Origin: Chrysomallon squamiferum
Taxonomy: Eukaryota > Animalia > Mollusca
NCBI GenBank assembly: GCA_012295275.1
Contig: CM022673.1
Coordinates: 3,224,001 to 3,288,000, forward strand
Reading direction: 5' to 3'
DNA: 64,000 nt
The notes beneath the pieces are model-generated. The model was not told the origin of the DNA. It saw nothing but the letters and a program-made list of their open reading frames with translations, and did no database searches. Positions 37,196 to 51,082 of this stretch are shown here, piece after piece (within the stretch, counting starts at the first letter, position 1; every line of letters begins with the position of its first letter). Position numbers and translations under genes: made by a program.

Positions 37196-40100
37196 GCCAA
37201 AGATATCTAGAATTTTCACGTATTAATAATTGCAATTTTCTAGAAAACGTAAAAACCTCTGCAGCGAAAAATATTTGAGATATTTTCCAAAATTCCAAGA
37301 TAACTTCACAATGAGCATCAGTTGATTTCATCATTAACGAAATATTCTAGATATCAGGTCCACATAAAAGAAAGAGCCTACTCATTTTCGCTGTGAGCGT
37401 GGGTTAACTTCAAATTTAGAAATAAATTAAACGAAAAACAAACATTAACGATTGATTTGGTATTATATTGTATTTGACGAAGAGTGAAAGTAATTAAAAA
37501 CGTGCTTTAAAACGAATATCATGAAATCGCAGCAATGAGCAGTTTAAAATGTTACAGTTGTTCTTGAATTACAAAGACTTTGCTAGTATTTTCAGAGAAA
37601 AAATAATAGAAGAGAAACGATTATTATGTGGACATAACTGTCAAGATAAAATGAGCTTAATTCTAAATAATGATGATTATGATGATTAGAATAATGATAA
37701 TAATAATAACAACAACAACAACAATAGTAAAAAACAAACATTTGTCAGTAAGAAATAAATAATTATTCCCCACCAAAAAATCACATATCCAATATTAGAA
37801 TTCTCTTGAAAGTACGTACGTACGTATGTGCATGTATCTGTGTGTATATGTGTGTATGTATATATATATAGATATGTGAGTTGGTATACATATATCTACG
37901 TAAGTATATTTGTAGATGAATAAATAAAAATATATACTGTATATTATAAATACAGATTTTATTTATCTGTTCGTATAGAAACGTTATTCATACTACATTA
38001 AAAGAAACATATTTTTCTCAAATCTTATCCAGTTGAAATTAAAACATCTGCAGTTCATCGATGCAAGAAAAATAAAATTAAAAAAATGTCTTTATTATTT
38101 TATCACTCCTCCAGAGAATAATACAAGAAATAATTTTTAATACTTTACATTTTGACTTTTTAAAAAATTCGTCTTCGTTTTTTTTTTTTTTTTTATTCTT
38201 TTTTTTTTATTATTGAAGCTACATTGACTCTAAAGAATAATTTGTTTGAAAACTGAAATCTTTTGAAAGTTTAACTTTGAAGAAAACTTTATTCATGACA
38301 TGAAAACTGAAAATCTTGTCGATGAGATGTGTAATCATGTTAGTGTGTCGTGAGTCATTTTGAAAACCGACTTGGAAATTGTTTAAAAGCTTAGTGAAAA
38401 CTCACTTGATGTAACTTCGCCACTGTAATTAATTTTGTTTCGTTGACACGAGAAACCAAGATTTACAAGGGAAATTAAAGGGAAAAAAAAGAGAAAAAAA
38501 CAACCCCCCAAACAAACCCAAACCCCACCCAACTGAATGTTAATGTAAAGAAGAAGATGAAGTCAGAGATAAAGAAAAAAAAAGAAAGAAAAAAAAAGAA
38601 AAAAAAAGAAAACAAATTATTATACTGGATAAAAAGAAGAAGATAAAATTAGTGATTGATGAAGAGAAGAAATAAAGACAATAAATGATAATGACAAGAA
38701 GAAAAAGATAAAGACGATAAAAAGAAGATGACGAAAAGAAGAAGAGGAAGAAAAAGATAAAATGATGATGAGAAGAGAAAACGAAGATAAAATGATGATA
38801 GACGATGAGAAGAAAAAGAAAAGGAAGATAAATGATTATGAGCGATGAGAAAAGAAGATAAAAAGATGATGATGAATGAGGAGAAGAAAACTAAGAAAGA
38901 AGGTGATGAGTGGATCTGGAAGAAAAAATTATGAAGATAAAAAAAAATTGGTAGACATAAACATGATGAATATTAATGATAAAAAAGAGGAAGCCTTAAG
39001 CCATTACTCCACAAACTACTCTTATCATTTAGAAACAAAGTATTTTACTGCAGATGGGAAATTCGTGCTATCCTGTTCATGGGAAGACATATGCTAAACA
39101 TTACTTACTGCTGGATAGTAACCTTTGGAAAGGCGGCAGTTGTACTTTTCTTTTATAATCATTTTATAGAAACATATGAATTACATTTATAAAATTTATT
39201 TTTTTTAAATTTAAAAAATTAGTAAAAATTGCTTTCTAAATACGTTACTGAAGCTACTCCAGATGAGAAACATTTGTTGTTTTTATTTTTGAAACCAGAC
39301 ACGACAGTGCGTCACACACATCTTATCTCTGAGAAATCACGACATCGTGGACATCTTCAGAAATTTATTTCCTTTACTTCCTATCGTCTGCATCAACTCA
39401 AGCCGTCAGTTTTGAGCGACATCGCTAAAACGATTGAAAATCGTGAATAAAATCGGCAGATGTACTCGAAGACGTCATATTTTATATTAATGTATTACTG
39501 CAGCTGTGGATTCCGCTATTGATCTGATCATCCGGCTAATTTTCCATATCTCTCTCTGCTTGAAGAGACCACTTCATCAGTCCGTCTAGGAATATGTCTG
39601 TCTCTTTTATCGGTCTCGCTGTATCTGTCTGTCTGTCTGTCTGTTTCTGCCTGTGTGTCTGTCAATATGTTCATCGCTCTGTATTTTTCTGTATTTGGAA
39701 ATAGTAATAGTAGTGAATTCATATGATTGCCTTTTGAAATATAAAACAAATCTTGTTAATATTTCCGTAGGGATTTGATTCGTTCAGGGCCATATTTTTT
39801 ATAATTTTTTTTTTTTTTTGCTGCTAAAAGCGCAAATTAAGCAGCTGGCTTCAAGTCACCGCTGCGAAAGCGCATCACAGTTTCAGCTGGCAGCTAATTG
39901 CCGTTACAGCAAATAAAACCGTTTAATGAATGTTTCGAAATTGAATCTCGAATCTGAACAGATTTCCCTTGTGGTCTAAATAGGGCCAGAAAAGAATAAA
40001 AAGATATAAAAATTCAGATGCAGATTTCATCTTGGATTTGATGATTGCGCTTTCATAGTAACGAAAAAAAAAAAAAAAAAAAATAAAAAATTACTTCGCT

Positions 40101-41306
40101 GTTCACACTATATGTCGTGACTAGACTCCCACATAACGCTTCGTGAACAAATATAGCTACTAGCAACGTTCAGTTTCATTCACTCTTCACTGTGCAGTTA
40201 GTGATATCTCCTTCGCCCGCTGTTCAAACACGCTGAGTGTAAAGTATGGTGTTAGTTGGAAAAGCGTCGATGTAAATTCAACGAGAAGATATCGATATTG
40301 CTAATAAAGACGCTAGAGACCACTTACAGTAATGGGCTGTATGTATCTATTAGAAGTCACAGAAAAGTACATTAATAAAAATGTCCGGGACAGAAAATTT
40401 ATGTATGATTATCTTACCATTCCGAGTGTATATTTATTGATAAGTGTAAACATGCATGCGTGTACAGATATGTGTATATTATGTTATTGTGTGTTTGTTT
40501 CTTCTCAGTCTTTTTGAATTACGCCAAACATCGGATACTTTCAAGGTAGCTAATTAACCTTTAGGGAAGCGTATATCCTATTTTATGATCGATATATTTT
40601 GAAAAGTTAAAGTGTGAACTGAAGATGAAACTTATGATGTGACATTACCTCTAAGTTCACACTTCAAACAATGTGAATAAAACGTGAATTATTTGTATAT
40701 TTTCAAAAAAAAAAAATCGTTTATTTATTTATTTTTTAATTAAAAACCCCAAAACAAAACAAAACATAAATAAAAAAATCGTTACAGCAAAAATAAAGTC
40801 TTACTTATTTATATCATTAAACGAATTTACTTCGTTTTCAGAAATGAAGCTATACGTGTTATTCAAGTCACAAAATAATGTTGAACGACTTCGAGCGATC
40901 ACTTACGTGAAAGTATCAACGACAGATCACGCATCACAGAATACAAGATTTGTCTTCGACTGTCCGCGCATTTCTTAGACTAGTTCCCATTTGTGTTACG
41001 CCAGTTTGCTGTCTTCTGCAATTCTTATTCGCTTAATCCGCACGAATGGAAAAGTCGTTTGTTATCAATGGTTTTTAGCCTTACGTTTCAAAATATATTA
41101 ACTGATAATGAAAGCAAGTTCACTGGCGTGTCAGGTATCAAAATACTGATGATTTATATTAAAATGAGAACCAGCATCATTGTACGATAATAACGAAATT
41201 GGTTTCAGCGTCATTGTATGGCAGTACCTTGGGTAAATTTATGTGTATTTGTGTAAATCCAATGATTTCGTCAATTGGTAGAATGGTAAAGTAATGTTTT
41301 CCTATG

Positions 41307-41420
<114 letters not shown>

Positions 41421-41983
41421 TATTATTATAATGTATCCCTGCTTGCTAAAGCATTACTGGAATCCGCTTCTTTTTAAATGAGTCTAATGCGATGCGCCTT
41501 GTTCAATTCTCACAAGGAATACGCATATTAATTTCAGTTATTGCTATTGGAAAACGATAACATTATACTTCGCTTTTTAAAAATATCTTTTTTTTTACAT
41601 CTATACAGTCTTTATGCTATAATTATGGAAAGACACAGCGCGGGATATCTTTATACATGTCACCTTTGATCCTATCTGCTCACAGATGTGGTTTAATTGC
41701 TTGTTTTTATCCAATTAATTCTCGCATAAAAATTTAATGGCCGGGGTTGATATAGTATTAAAACCATAAAAACGTCCCGGTGAAAACCACACGTTTCAGT
41801 GAAGAGAAAATGTTTCGATTTTTTACTATAATTTTTGTTAATGATTTGTTTGTAATGCTGAAACACTGACAGATGGGAATCAGTTTATGTTGATTTAATG
41901 ATTGTGTCTTATTCAAAGCTAATATTCTGAAATAAATATTAATCATAATTCTAACATACAACCATAACAACAACAACAACAGC

Positions 41984-42016
<33 letters not shown>

Positions 42017-42297
42017 GAAAACTGAATGATGATGATGATGATACTAATAATATTTTTCTGCATCTTTGTAAACCTAATATAGCAAATTATAGAACAGTAT
42101 ATATTAATCACGTTTTCAAATCAGTCCTTAATGATAAAAATATTATTCTGTTTATTTTAAATTTAAAGTGCTTTACTGTAATTATAGTTAAGGTTTTGAA
42201 AATAGTACACGGAGAAAGAGAAAGAGATCGGAAAAGTACTCCATTTTTCAGTTGTGTTTGCCTTTTCTAAAGTGACTGAAACTTACCAACGTTTAAG

Positions 42298-42339
<42 letters not shown>

Positions 42340-42961
42340 CACCCACATCTGCTACTATTACTACTGCTGCTATACTACTACTTCTAACAGTGATATCCAA
42401 TACAGATTATTCTTTTTATATACCTCTTTACAATGACTTTTCTTTTTCTTTTTATATACCTCTTTACAGTGACTTTCTAATAAAGTATACTCAAGCGCAA
42501 ATATTAAGACAAAAGAGTAAATAAATTTTACTTTATAACAGAATTTAAAACTTGCGAATTCATGCAACTAAGATTACATATTAAGGAAAATCCTTCTTAA
42601 ATAAAGCGATATTAGTCAGTTTGGCTATGCTCATAATATTAAATAACTTTTGAGCTCCCAAACCAACTACAAAGGTGAAGGCTATACACATAATTCTGTA
42701 AGTAAACGATAGATCATCTGTTTCAGTCTATATTATGATTCCGTAAAAACTGGATGATATTAAATTTGAAAAAAAAAAAAAAAAAAAAAAAAAATAAAAA
42801 AGTAGAGACAGAATATTAAAAAAAAGAGAGAGAGGAAAGAATAAGAAGAGAAAAGAGAAGAAAAATAAGATGACATAATGATAATAATGAGAATAGTTAG
42901 ATGACAAAGAAAATGAGAAAATATTATTATTATTTTTATTATTGTTGTTATTGTTATTGTA

Positions 42962-43012
<51 letters not shown>

Positions 43013-43295
43013 CTGTTACTCCAAATATGTATTTATAAATGGAATACAGTAGAGTCACTAGTAAAGTTTGCAAACTGTGTTATAGTATTAAAAACAAATG
43101 CTGTAATAATCTCATTTATTTGAACTTGCTGAGATTTGGTAAAAAGTAAATTTAAGAACATTTGTATTCGTTATTTGCCCTAATTATCTATATGATATGA
43201 ATGAACAGTGTTATATAATTTGTTTTTTTCTTTCTAAAAGTTAATTATAAGTATATATATTATAAAACAAAACAAAATAACAATTTTCTTTTCAG

Positions 43296-43299
43296 TATG

Positions 43300-43333
<34 letters not shown>

Positions 43334-43389
43334 TGTATGTATGTATGTATGTATGCATGTATGCATATATGTATATATATATATATATG

Positions 43390-43428
<39 letters not shown>
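43296..43428. repeat. (TATG)n/(TA)n microsatellite
   Basis: Seen directly. Confidence 0.9.
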
Positions 43429-43554
43429 TTCGTTAAATTATTTTACAATAATTTTATCCATTAAAAGACAAACAAACAAACAAACAGATGAATAACACCG
43501 AACCAAACAAGCAAACAGATGAAACAATATAAACTTTACTAAACGTTAACTTAC

Positions 43555-43630
43555 CAAAACGAAAAATGAAGAGTTATCCAGGTGAAGCCTGGCTGGAATG
43601 CTCTGCCCAGTGTATTCTTACTATAAAACA
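43555..43630 (-). other. Probable non-coding first exon (5' UTR) of the prohormone gene
   Basis: Ends in a consensus donor TTTTG|gtaagt, contains no ATG, and starts about 30 nt downstream of a TATAAATA box. It would splice across about 16.4 kb to the acceptor at 27191; this link is inferred. Confidence 0.6.
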
Positions 43631-43652
43631 GAGAAATCTTCAGGTAGTTCAG

Positions 43653-43845
43653 TATTTATAGCGACAATCTACAGGTTCATATTCCGCGATGTGGCACCAA
43701 AGACACGCCTATGTCTCCCGTTAGTCTCAAACCAATGGAAGACGGGTTCCTTGAAAGCAGGGGCGGTACCTCTTGGGATTTGAATGGCGTTGTGTTAAAC
43801 TGGTATTAACTACCGGCGTGTGAGGATAGGGAGATCGAGTATTGG
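43653..43845 (-). promoter_or_regulatory. TATA-box core promoter with CCAAT and GC boxes
   Basis: TATAAATA on the minus strand at 43660-43653, CCAAT at 43732-43736 (+) and 43841-43845 (-), GGGGCGG at about 43760-43766; locally GC-richer island. Confidence 0.6.
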
Positions 43846-44878
43846 TTCAGATCGATACAAAATGTTGAAGATAACAGCTTTATTGGGCGAGGAGAGATTG
43901 TCGAGGGAGTAGATTTTCAGCGAAGAAAGAAATGATTTATTTACATTCGTTTTTCAATACAGTTTATACGATTTTTGCAAAATATTTTCATACGAGAACC
44001 TTCTCATAGACAGCAAAACAAATATAATGGTTTTAAGCCTTGTGTTCATATTGAGCATGATAAATTAAAGACAAGAACGATGTAAAAGTCTGACGCTTAT
44101 CAAAATTGTTCTGAATGGTAAGAGAAAAAAAGGAGAAATCCTAAAAGTTATCATCATTAAGGGAGATAGTTTAATCGTCGAGTTCAGGGTTTAAATGAAA
44201 TAAAAGAAAAAGTAATAGGAATAACGAAATGTCATTTACGACAATATAAAGTAAAAAAAAAAGAACTAGAAAGAAACATTTTCAAGAATTCTACGCTTTC
44301 TTTCTTCAGCTAACTTTCTTTCAATACTGGCTGCTTTCACTCGACTATGTCGTTATCAGTGTGTTAGAAAGTCAGTTAGAAGAATATGCGAACACGACCT
44401 ACCAGTGTTAAAACAAATATCGTAATGCGTCTCCAAAACGACAACGGCTTTCATCGCCATCTTATATAACTTCGTAAAAGTAATTTCTTTCCCTTAATTA
44501 AGCATTACAGAGTTCTTGATCAATATGTTCTTTTAATCGGGTTACAACTTAGAATCGTAAACTCCATACGTTAGTCGCAGAGCAGTTTCACTACAATCAA
44601 CGGGTCTGTAAACTGTAAGGTGCTAAAAAAGTGACTCGCTTAGATTTTATGTGAAAAAAAACAAAATAAAATAAATTGATAAGATTTTGTAGAATCTTTG
44701 CTTTTTATTCTGCCCATCAGCTACTCACAGTTCCTATCAATTTCCCTGAAAGGCTTTAGTTTGTGGTTTACCTAAGTAGAAAGGTTTCTGTGAAGAATTT
44801 GCAAAGGTTCATTTATATCACATTCCACTATCATGTCAGCATTATGATAGAACAGTTAATTAATGTGGAGCAAAAAAT

Positions 44879-45073
44879 ACAGAATTAATATTCCATTAAA
44901 TGTTAAAGGTCTATCTAAGATTTAACATTTGTTCTCAGCAATATCTTTAAAAAATGATATCATTTTTATATATTATTTTCACACGTAACCTTTCAGAACC
45001 AAGAAGCATACAGAATTAATATTCCATTACGTGCTAATGGTCGACCTAAGATCTAACATTTCAAGCTGCAGCA
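44879..45073. repeat. Diverged direct duplication of a segment of about 62 bp (period about 131 bp)
   Basis: ACAGAATTAATATTCCATTA...CTAAGAT.TAACATTT...CAGCAA at about 44879 and about 45010. Confidence 0.7.
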
Positions 45074-45378
45074 AGGTGTTCATTAGTTAATAATGCTGCA
45101 TCACGATCATCAGAGTTTTGTCATACGCAATGCTCAGGTGGTTAATTATAATTAAGTGGGAATTATCGTTGCCAACGGACTGTTCAATTATCATTAAAGT
45201 GTGAGCTAATTCAGTTAATATTCAAAAAGAACTGATTATTTCTGTCACGGTGAAATTACTAATTAATTAACTGTTGACAGCCGCCTGTTTACGCTGAGCT
45301 ATTTTGATATGTGTATACGGGAGCGAGTGTGCAGTGGCAATAATTCGGGAGGACAAACGTTCTCATATACAGGAAAAA

Positions 45379-45651
<273 letters not shown>

Positions 45652-46409
45652 GAGAAAAATGAGAGAAAAATAAAAGAAAGAGAAAATTCATTATATATTA
45701 CCAGTTCTGGTGACAGTTTTTATTAACATTAATCTTTGATATAATATTTGATACAGTTTGCAGGAAATACATAATGAAATAATCGATACTGTTAATTGTA
45801 TTACTGGCATTGATTTTCCATTTAAACTGGATGTTTATTCTATACTTTGAAAATCACATTCGTTTTTGCAGAAAAAACAAATAAAATACAGTAATAAAAG
45901 GAAAAGGAAAGTAAAAAGGGTACCGAAGTGCGAAATACAAACAAAATTTGTTCTATTAAAAAACAAAACAAAAAAAAAAAACAACAATAAAATAAAAAAT
46001 GACTGGTTTATAACCATTTTCAGTCTGTATGTTTGTGTGGGAGGGAAATCGCGTGAAAGAGAATTAATTGAAAATGTTTGTATTTCACGCAACTTCTCAG
46101 TTCATCACGTTACAACGTTGTCACTTTAAATGTTATCTCTGGGCTCCGGCAAATACACACAGACAGGAATATACACTTTGTGTGTAAACCAACCAGTGAT
46201 AAATTAATCTACAATCTGCCGATTTTCTCCATTTCTCTTCATTTTGGTATCTGTAAATCCTGTGCTTTTGTTACTGAGCTATTGTTCTTGCTCTTGTTGC
46301 TAATGTTGTTGTTATCGTTGAAATTAATTGTCGAGGAAAAAAAGTCTTGTATTGTGGATAGTAATATCGACGTGGGTTGGAAAGGACTCGAAACAAATTT
46401 AAAATTTAA

Positions 46410-46486
46410 AATAATAATAACAATAACAACAACAACAACAACAGCAGCAACAACAGCAAGAATAAAAAAAAAAAACAAGAACAACA

Positions 46487-46536
<50 letters not shown>

Positions 46537-46566
46537 CATAATAATAACAATAATAATAATAATAAT
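46410..46566. repeat. (AAT/AAC)n microsatellite
   Basis: Seen directly. Confidence 0.9.
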
Positions 46567-46971
46567 CAGTTAATTAATATTTCAAACGATATTTAGTGTT
46601 ATGCTTGTAACATTTACAATTTTTTAAGTTTTAAAATACTCAAGGTCTTTCGGGACACACTGTATTATGTTTGTTATGTCAAGACACCTAAGTATTAATT
46701 AATTTATTTGAACACACGAAACATATTGTTTGAATCACGTGTCGCCCATAACGTTAAACCAAATCAGTAAAAAAATTTCAATTAATTTTTACAAGAAAAC
46801 AGTTAACGGATACAAAAAGGTTTGGTTTATATTCCGTGAGTCGGTGAAGACACAAAGAAAACAACAAAACATGAATCACTGACGTAACAGAAGCTGAGGT
46901 TTTCTCATCTAACAATTTCCAAGATGGTGCAGCGACTATTTGTATTCACGTTAGGTAATGTGCTGCGTATA

Positions 46972-46973
<2 letters not shown>

Positions 46974-47045
<72 letters not shown>
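46974..47045. repeat. (CT)n microsatellite
   Basis: Seen directly. Confidence 0.95.
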
Positions 47046-47048
<3 letters not shown>

Positions 47049-47414
47049 TTGAAATTCAGATACGTAATATAATATTTATAAGACAATGATATTGTTTAAA
47101 TCAATCTTTTAAATGTTATTTTGGAATCCTCCCGAAATATACTCGTATTCATATGAATGGTAACATTTAACTTGAAAGACGTAAAATTAATTTACATAAG
47201 GTTTTGCTTTCAGTAATTTCTTAAAACTAATTATTAGAGTAAAACATTACTGCATTGTTTGATAATAATTGTTCTTTAAGGTTGTTTTAAACCTCTTTGT
47301 AGACAATGTTCTGAGTTGTTTTTACAATTTTTTTTTTTAATTCACATTCCTGAAAAATATTGATATTTAATGTGGTGTGTATACTCTACAATTCACTCCA
47401 TTCAAGCCAAGAAC

Positions 47415-47585
47415 AAAGGAAATAAAACTGTTTATTTAACAGTCCGTTCAAGACGCACCATTTAAATACCGGTTGTTTGATATCATTCAAATATTTGTTC
47501 TCGTACTGAAGTCTTACAGACCCTTCCCACTGTCTTTTCTTAAATCAATGACAGCAATGTAGTTTTTATTTGCACATTCTCGTAC
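47415..47585 (-). mobile_element. Possible degenerate SINE remnant
   Basis: aaggaaat...tttatttaac...agcaa...tttttatttgcacatt resembles, from memory, the reverse-complemented 3' part of gastropod tRNA-derived SINEs; unverified. Confidence 0.25.
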
Positions 47586-48718
47586 CCTTTATTTGAGCAT
47601 TCCCAAAGGCTATGTAAAATCATTTTCACAGTGGCAGGGATAGGAAACTGTTAATCTTGAACCATTGATTTTTTTTTTTTTAGCTAGCAAATTCCGATAG
47701 AAAAAGTAATATTTAGTACGTAAAAATATATAACAGTGAAAAAAAAAAAACATTTTCTTTAGCCTTTTAGAGTCGCAATTTCAGAAGCTGTTAATAATAT
47801 TAATACTTTTGACTTCGGACCAATAAAATAATGTAATAATTCTCTGTGTAATTTCTTGAAATTATTTTTAAATAAAATAAATTGATGGTTGAAGATTTGA
47901 ATTTGAATTTAAAACACTGTTCTGAATGTAGACGAGAAAAGGCCACAGAAAGTTTATAAAATACTGTTCACTTAATAAAGGATACGGACTATTGACTTAA
48001 AGATAGGACAGAAAGGATGTTGTCTTGTAAGGTGCGGTTAAGAATGACCAGGCTTTCTTTTTATAAAATAGTATTACATTACCTGAGGTATACTGTGCCA
48101 CTATTTGTCTAACAGTATTATTTTTCCTTCAAATCCATCCATCCATCCATCCATCCATCCATCCATCCATCCATCCATCTATCCATCCATCCATTTATCC
48201 ATATCCCGCTCCGTGTTTTTATTTGTGGGTGGGTATCTCAATGTCATCTGTCAGATTTTAGTTTGCCTACGGAAACCAATTATATCCTCTTTAGGCGTTG
48301 AAAGAAAAGTGAAAAATAAAAAATTATAAAAGCACCAGACATGATCAAAATGAAGGATGCTTGCTGCTACCATTGCAAATGCCAAGAATGCCGCACGGCC
48401 AGATTTGAAGACATTAAATCCTTTATGTCAAAAGATGAGCAGCGAGATGTTTAAAAATCTTAGTCAAAGACGGTCTTAAGGCAGAAAAAAAAATAACCCA
48501 GCCGAAGCAGATATTTTGATGTGACTTGATGAAAATCTCAGAACTTTGATTTGCCATGTTGTAAGGACGACAGAGATATTAGAAATGAAATAACACAATG
48601 GCGTGTGTCATCAGCTCTTGTCTGTTGTTGAAAAAAAAAAGTATTAGCTGCAGGATAAATTAATAATCTACAGCTAATACTGGTTTGAGTATCCACTGAT
48701 CTCCTTTCGATCTTGTCT

Positions 48719-48749
<31 letters not shown>

Positions 48750-49997
48750 CTGTCTGCCTTTTTTTAGTAGCTGGGATGAATTATGATAAATAATGGTTTT
48801 CGTTTCTCTTTCGTTCCTTGTCACGTCATCGTTTCATAAATAGTTCATCTTTATTTTTCCACTTCTTTCCTACATCCAGCTTTTATTGATTTCCTCTCCT
48901 CCTTTCTCTTTGATTCCCTATTTATTCCTTCTGTGCTTCTTCTTTCTGGCGTTTATTCGTTCATTCATTCGTTCTTTTTTCTTTTATCCAGCCTCTTTAA
49001 GCTACTGATCCAGTCGAGATATATTGTCTTTTATTGGTTTATTATCTTTACGTGCATGTTTTATGTATTCATGTACACCGAGTGTGACTGCTTTTTTAAA
49101 ATTATGTAAAATATTTAACTAAGAATTATCTCAGTCTACATACAAAACTAAACTTACGAAAACAGAGATGCCATATCCTTGTTTTGATAATAATTATATG
49201 TTTGTACGTAAATGTGATTGTATGTGTTTTTAATTTCTTTATGTACATGACATAATACATACCTAAATATCTGTTGTTTTGGCTTTTTATTTTTCCTTTT
49301 TTCAATGATATATATATATATATATTCCTTATTTGATTCCTTATTTATTCCTTTATATATATAAAATCATCTAAAAACAGAAAACAAAAAAAAAAAAAAA
49401 AAAAAAAGAAATCAGAACAGAAAACAACCCATCAAAAGGAACCAATATGAAAGAAAGAAAGAAAAATCAATAAATAAAATAGCAATAATATATATATATA
49501 TATATCTATAAAGATAAAAAAAAGATAAAAAAAACAAACAATAACAAAATGACTACAACCCAGATTACAGCTTACTGCATATGTTTCAAAACGCAGAAGA
49601 TTATCCAGTGCCAATGATTTCATTTCACCAGAACATTTTCTGAACATCAGGACTAGAAATCAATAACAAAATTTTAAATGATATTTACCAAAGACGACAG
49701 CGTTCTGGAAAGTGTCATTCGAGAATATTTAAGTTGTTAATGGATTAAGAAAATAGTGTCAAGTGATCATCAATAATTAATTGTATGACAAATACTTCGT
49801 TTTGTGTCTTGGCGTTTGCACAGTAAATTTTTAAATTCACCTGTGAAAATTAACTATAGAGTATATTTGTGTTTTAGGATGAATAAAATTCTTGCAACGA
49901 TTGGTAGTTATTTCCATTAATTAATTTGTTTCGAAAATAAAGATACAATAAATAAACTATATAACAAGCAAATAAACAAACAACAACAAAACAGTTG

Positions 49998-50040
<43 letters not shown>

Positions 50041-51082
50041 ATCAATTACCCATAGGTCCTGGCTGTTAAGTTCAACGGGCGATTAAGCCGAGGTAGTTTT
50101 ATTAGGCCTAAGATATCACGATTTATTTGTAGAACTGTCCATTAAGCCGACATAAACCTTTCCCTGCAGTCTTTTTAGGTTGTACCAAAGAAACAGCAAA
50201 GATACATCGCTGTTGTGAACAAAGACCTATTGTCAATGGAACAGTGAAAAGTATCAACGACGAACTCGCATTGCACATACTTTTACGAAACCAAGATGTC
50301 TACCGGTATGCCGCCAAGATCCAAAAACAAGTGAGATACGTCGCTGTCCTCAGATTGAAAGTTGTGAAAAGCGCCACAGAGACTAACAACAGTGTTGTGC
50401 AGCAAGAGTTTATGGTGTAAGTAAAAAATTATTATTAATCATCTTGTTTCACTTGTATTTTCACTTCGTGACTGCGTGAATTTAAATGACAGTGTTGTTG
50501 ACATTCTTCGATTACGACTTGACGTCCGTAGGCTGCTAACGCCATGAAATATCGCTTCTGTTGACTCGATTTCTTGACACTGAAATAGCCGACGTGAAAA
50601 AACAAGAAGAGTGAAAATACTGACTCAAAGTATAGGCTCAAAGGCCGAGACCTACGGTAACTAAATGATCAAAAAATGAAGTTACAAGAAAAAAAAAAGT
50701 AAAAAAAAAACAAATAAAAAACTAACAACAAACCAAACAAAAAAACAAACAAAAAAAACAAACAAAAAACAAACAAAAAAACAACAAAAAAAAAAAAAAA
50801 AACAAAAAAAGACAACCCACACACGTTTGTTTATATTTAAATATAGAACGTGCTTGACATTTATAGTTTTGAAATTGTGTTTATTTTAAACACTACCATC
50901 ATCATCATCTCTTTGACTTTGCTACCGTTACCATCGGCTTTACACCATCTTCTCGTTTCAACATATTTTCTGTCTAAAAAACATTCTTCATATCTGTATT
51001 CAAAAAAACCTTTGTCTTCAAACTGAATTATCAGTTAACAACTTTTATTACCGACTTTGCTCTGGTATAAACATTAAAGTTA

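Noticed and set aside
37251-37406. Possible piggyBac-like MITE ending GGGTTAA
   Set aside because: Only a partial inverted match (CAGCGAAAA/TTTTCGCTG) and no matching left TTAACCC end.
46078-46596. 172-aa ORF, and similar low-complexity ORFs at 22838, 24534, 41758 and 56037
   Set aside because: They stay open only because of simple repeats; there is no domain or splice support.
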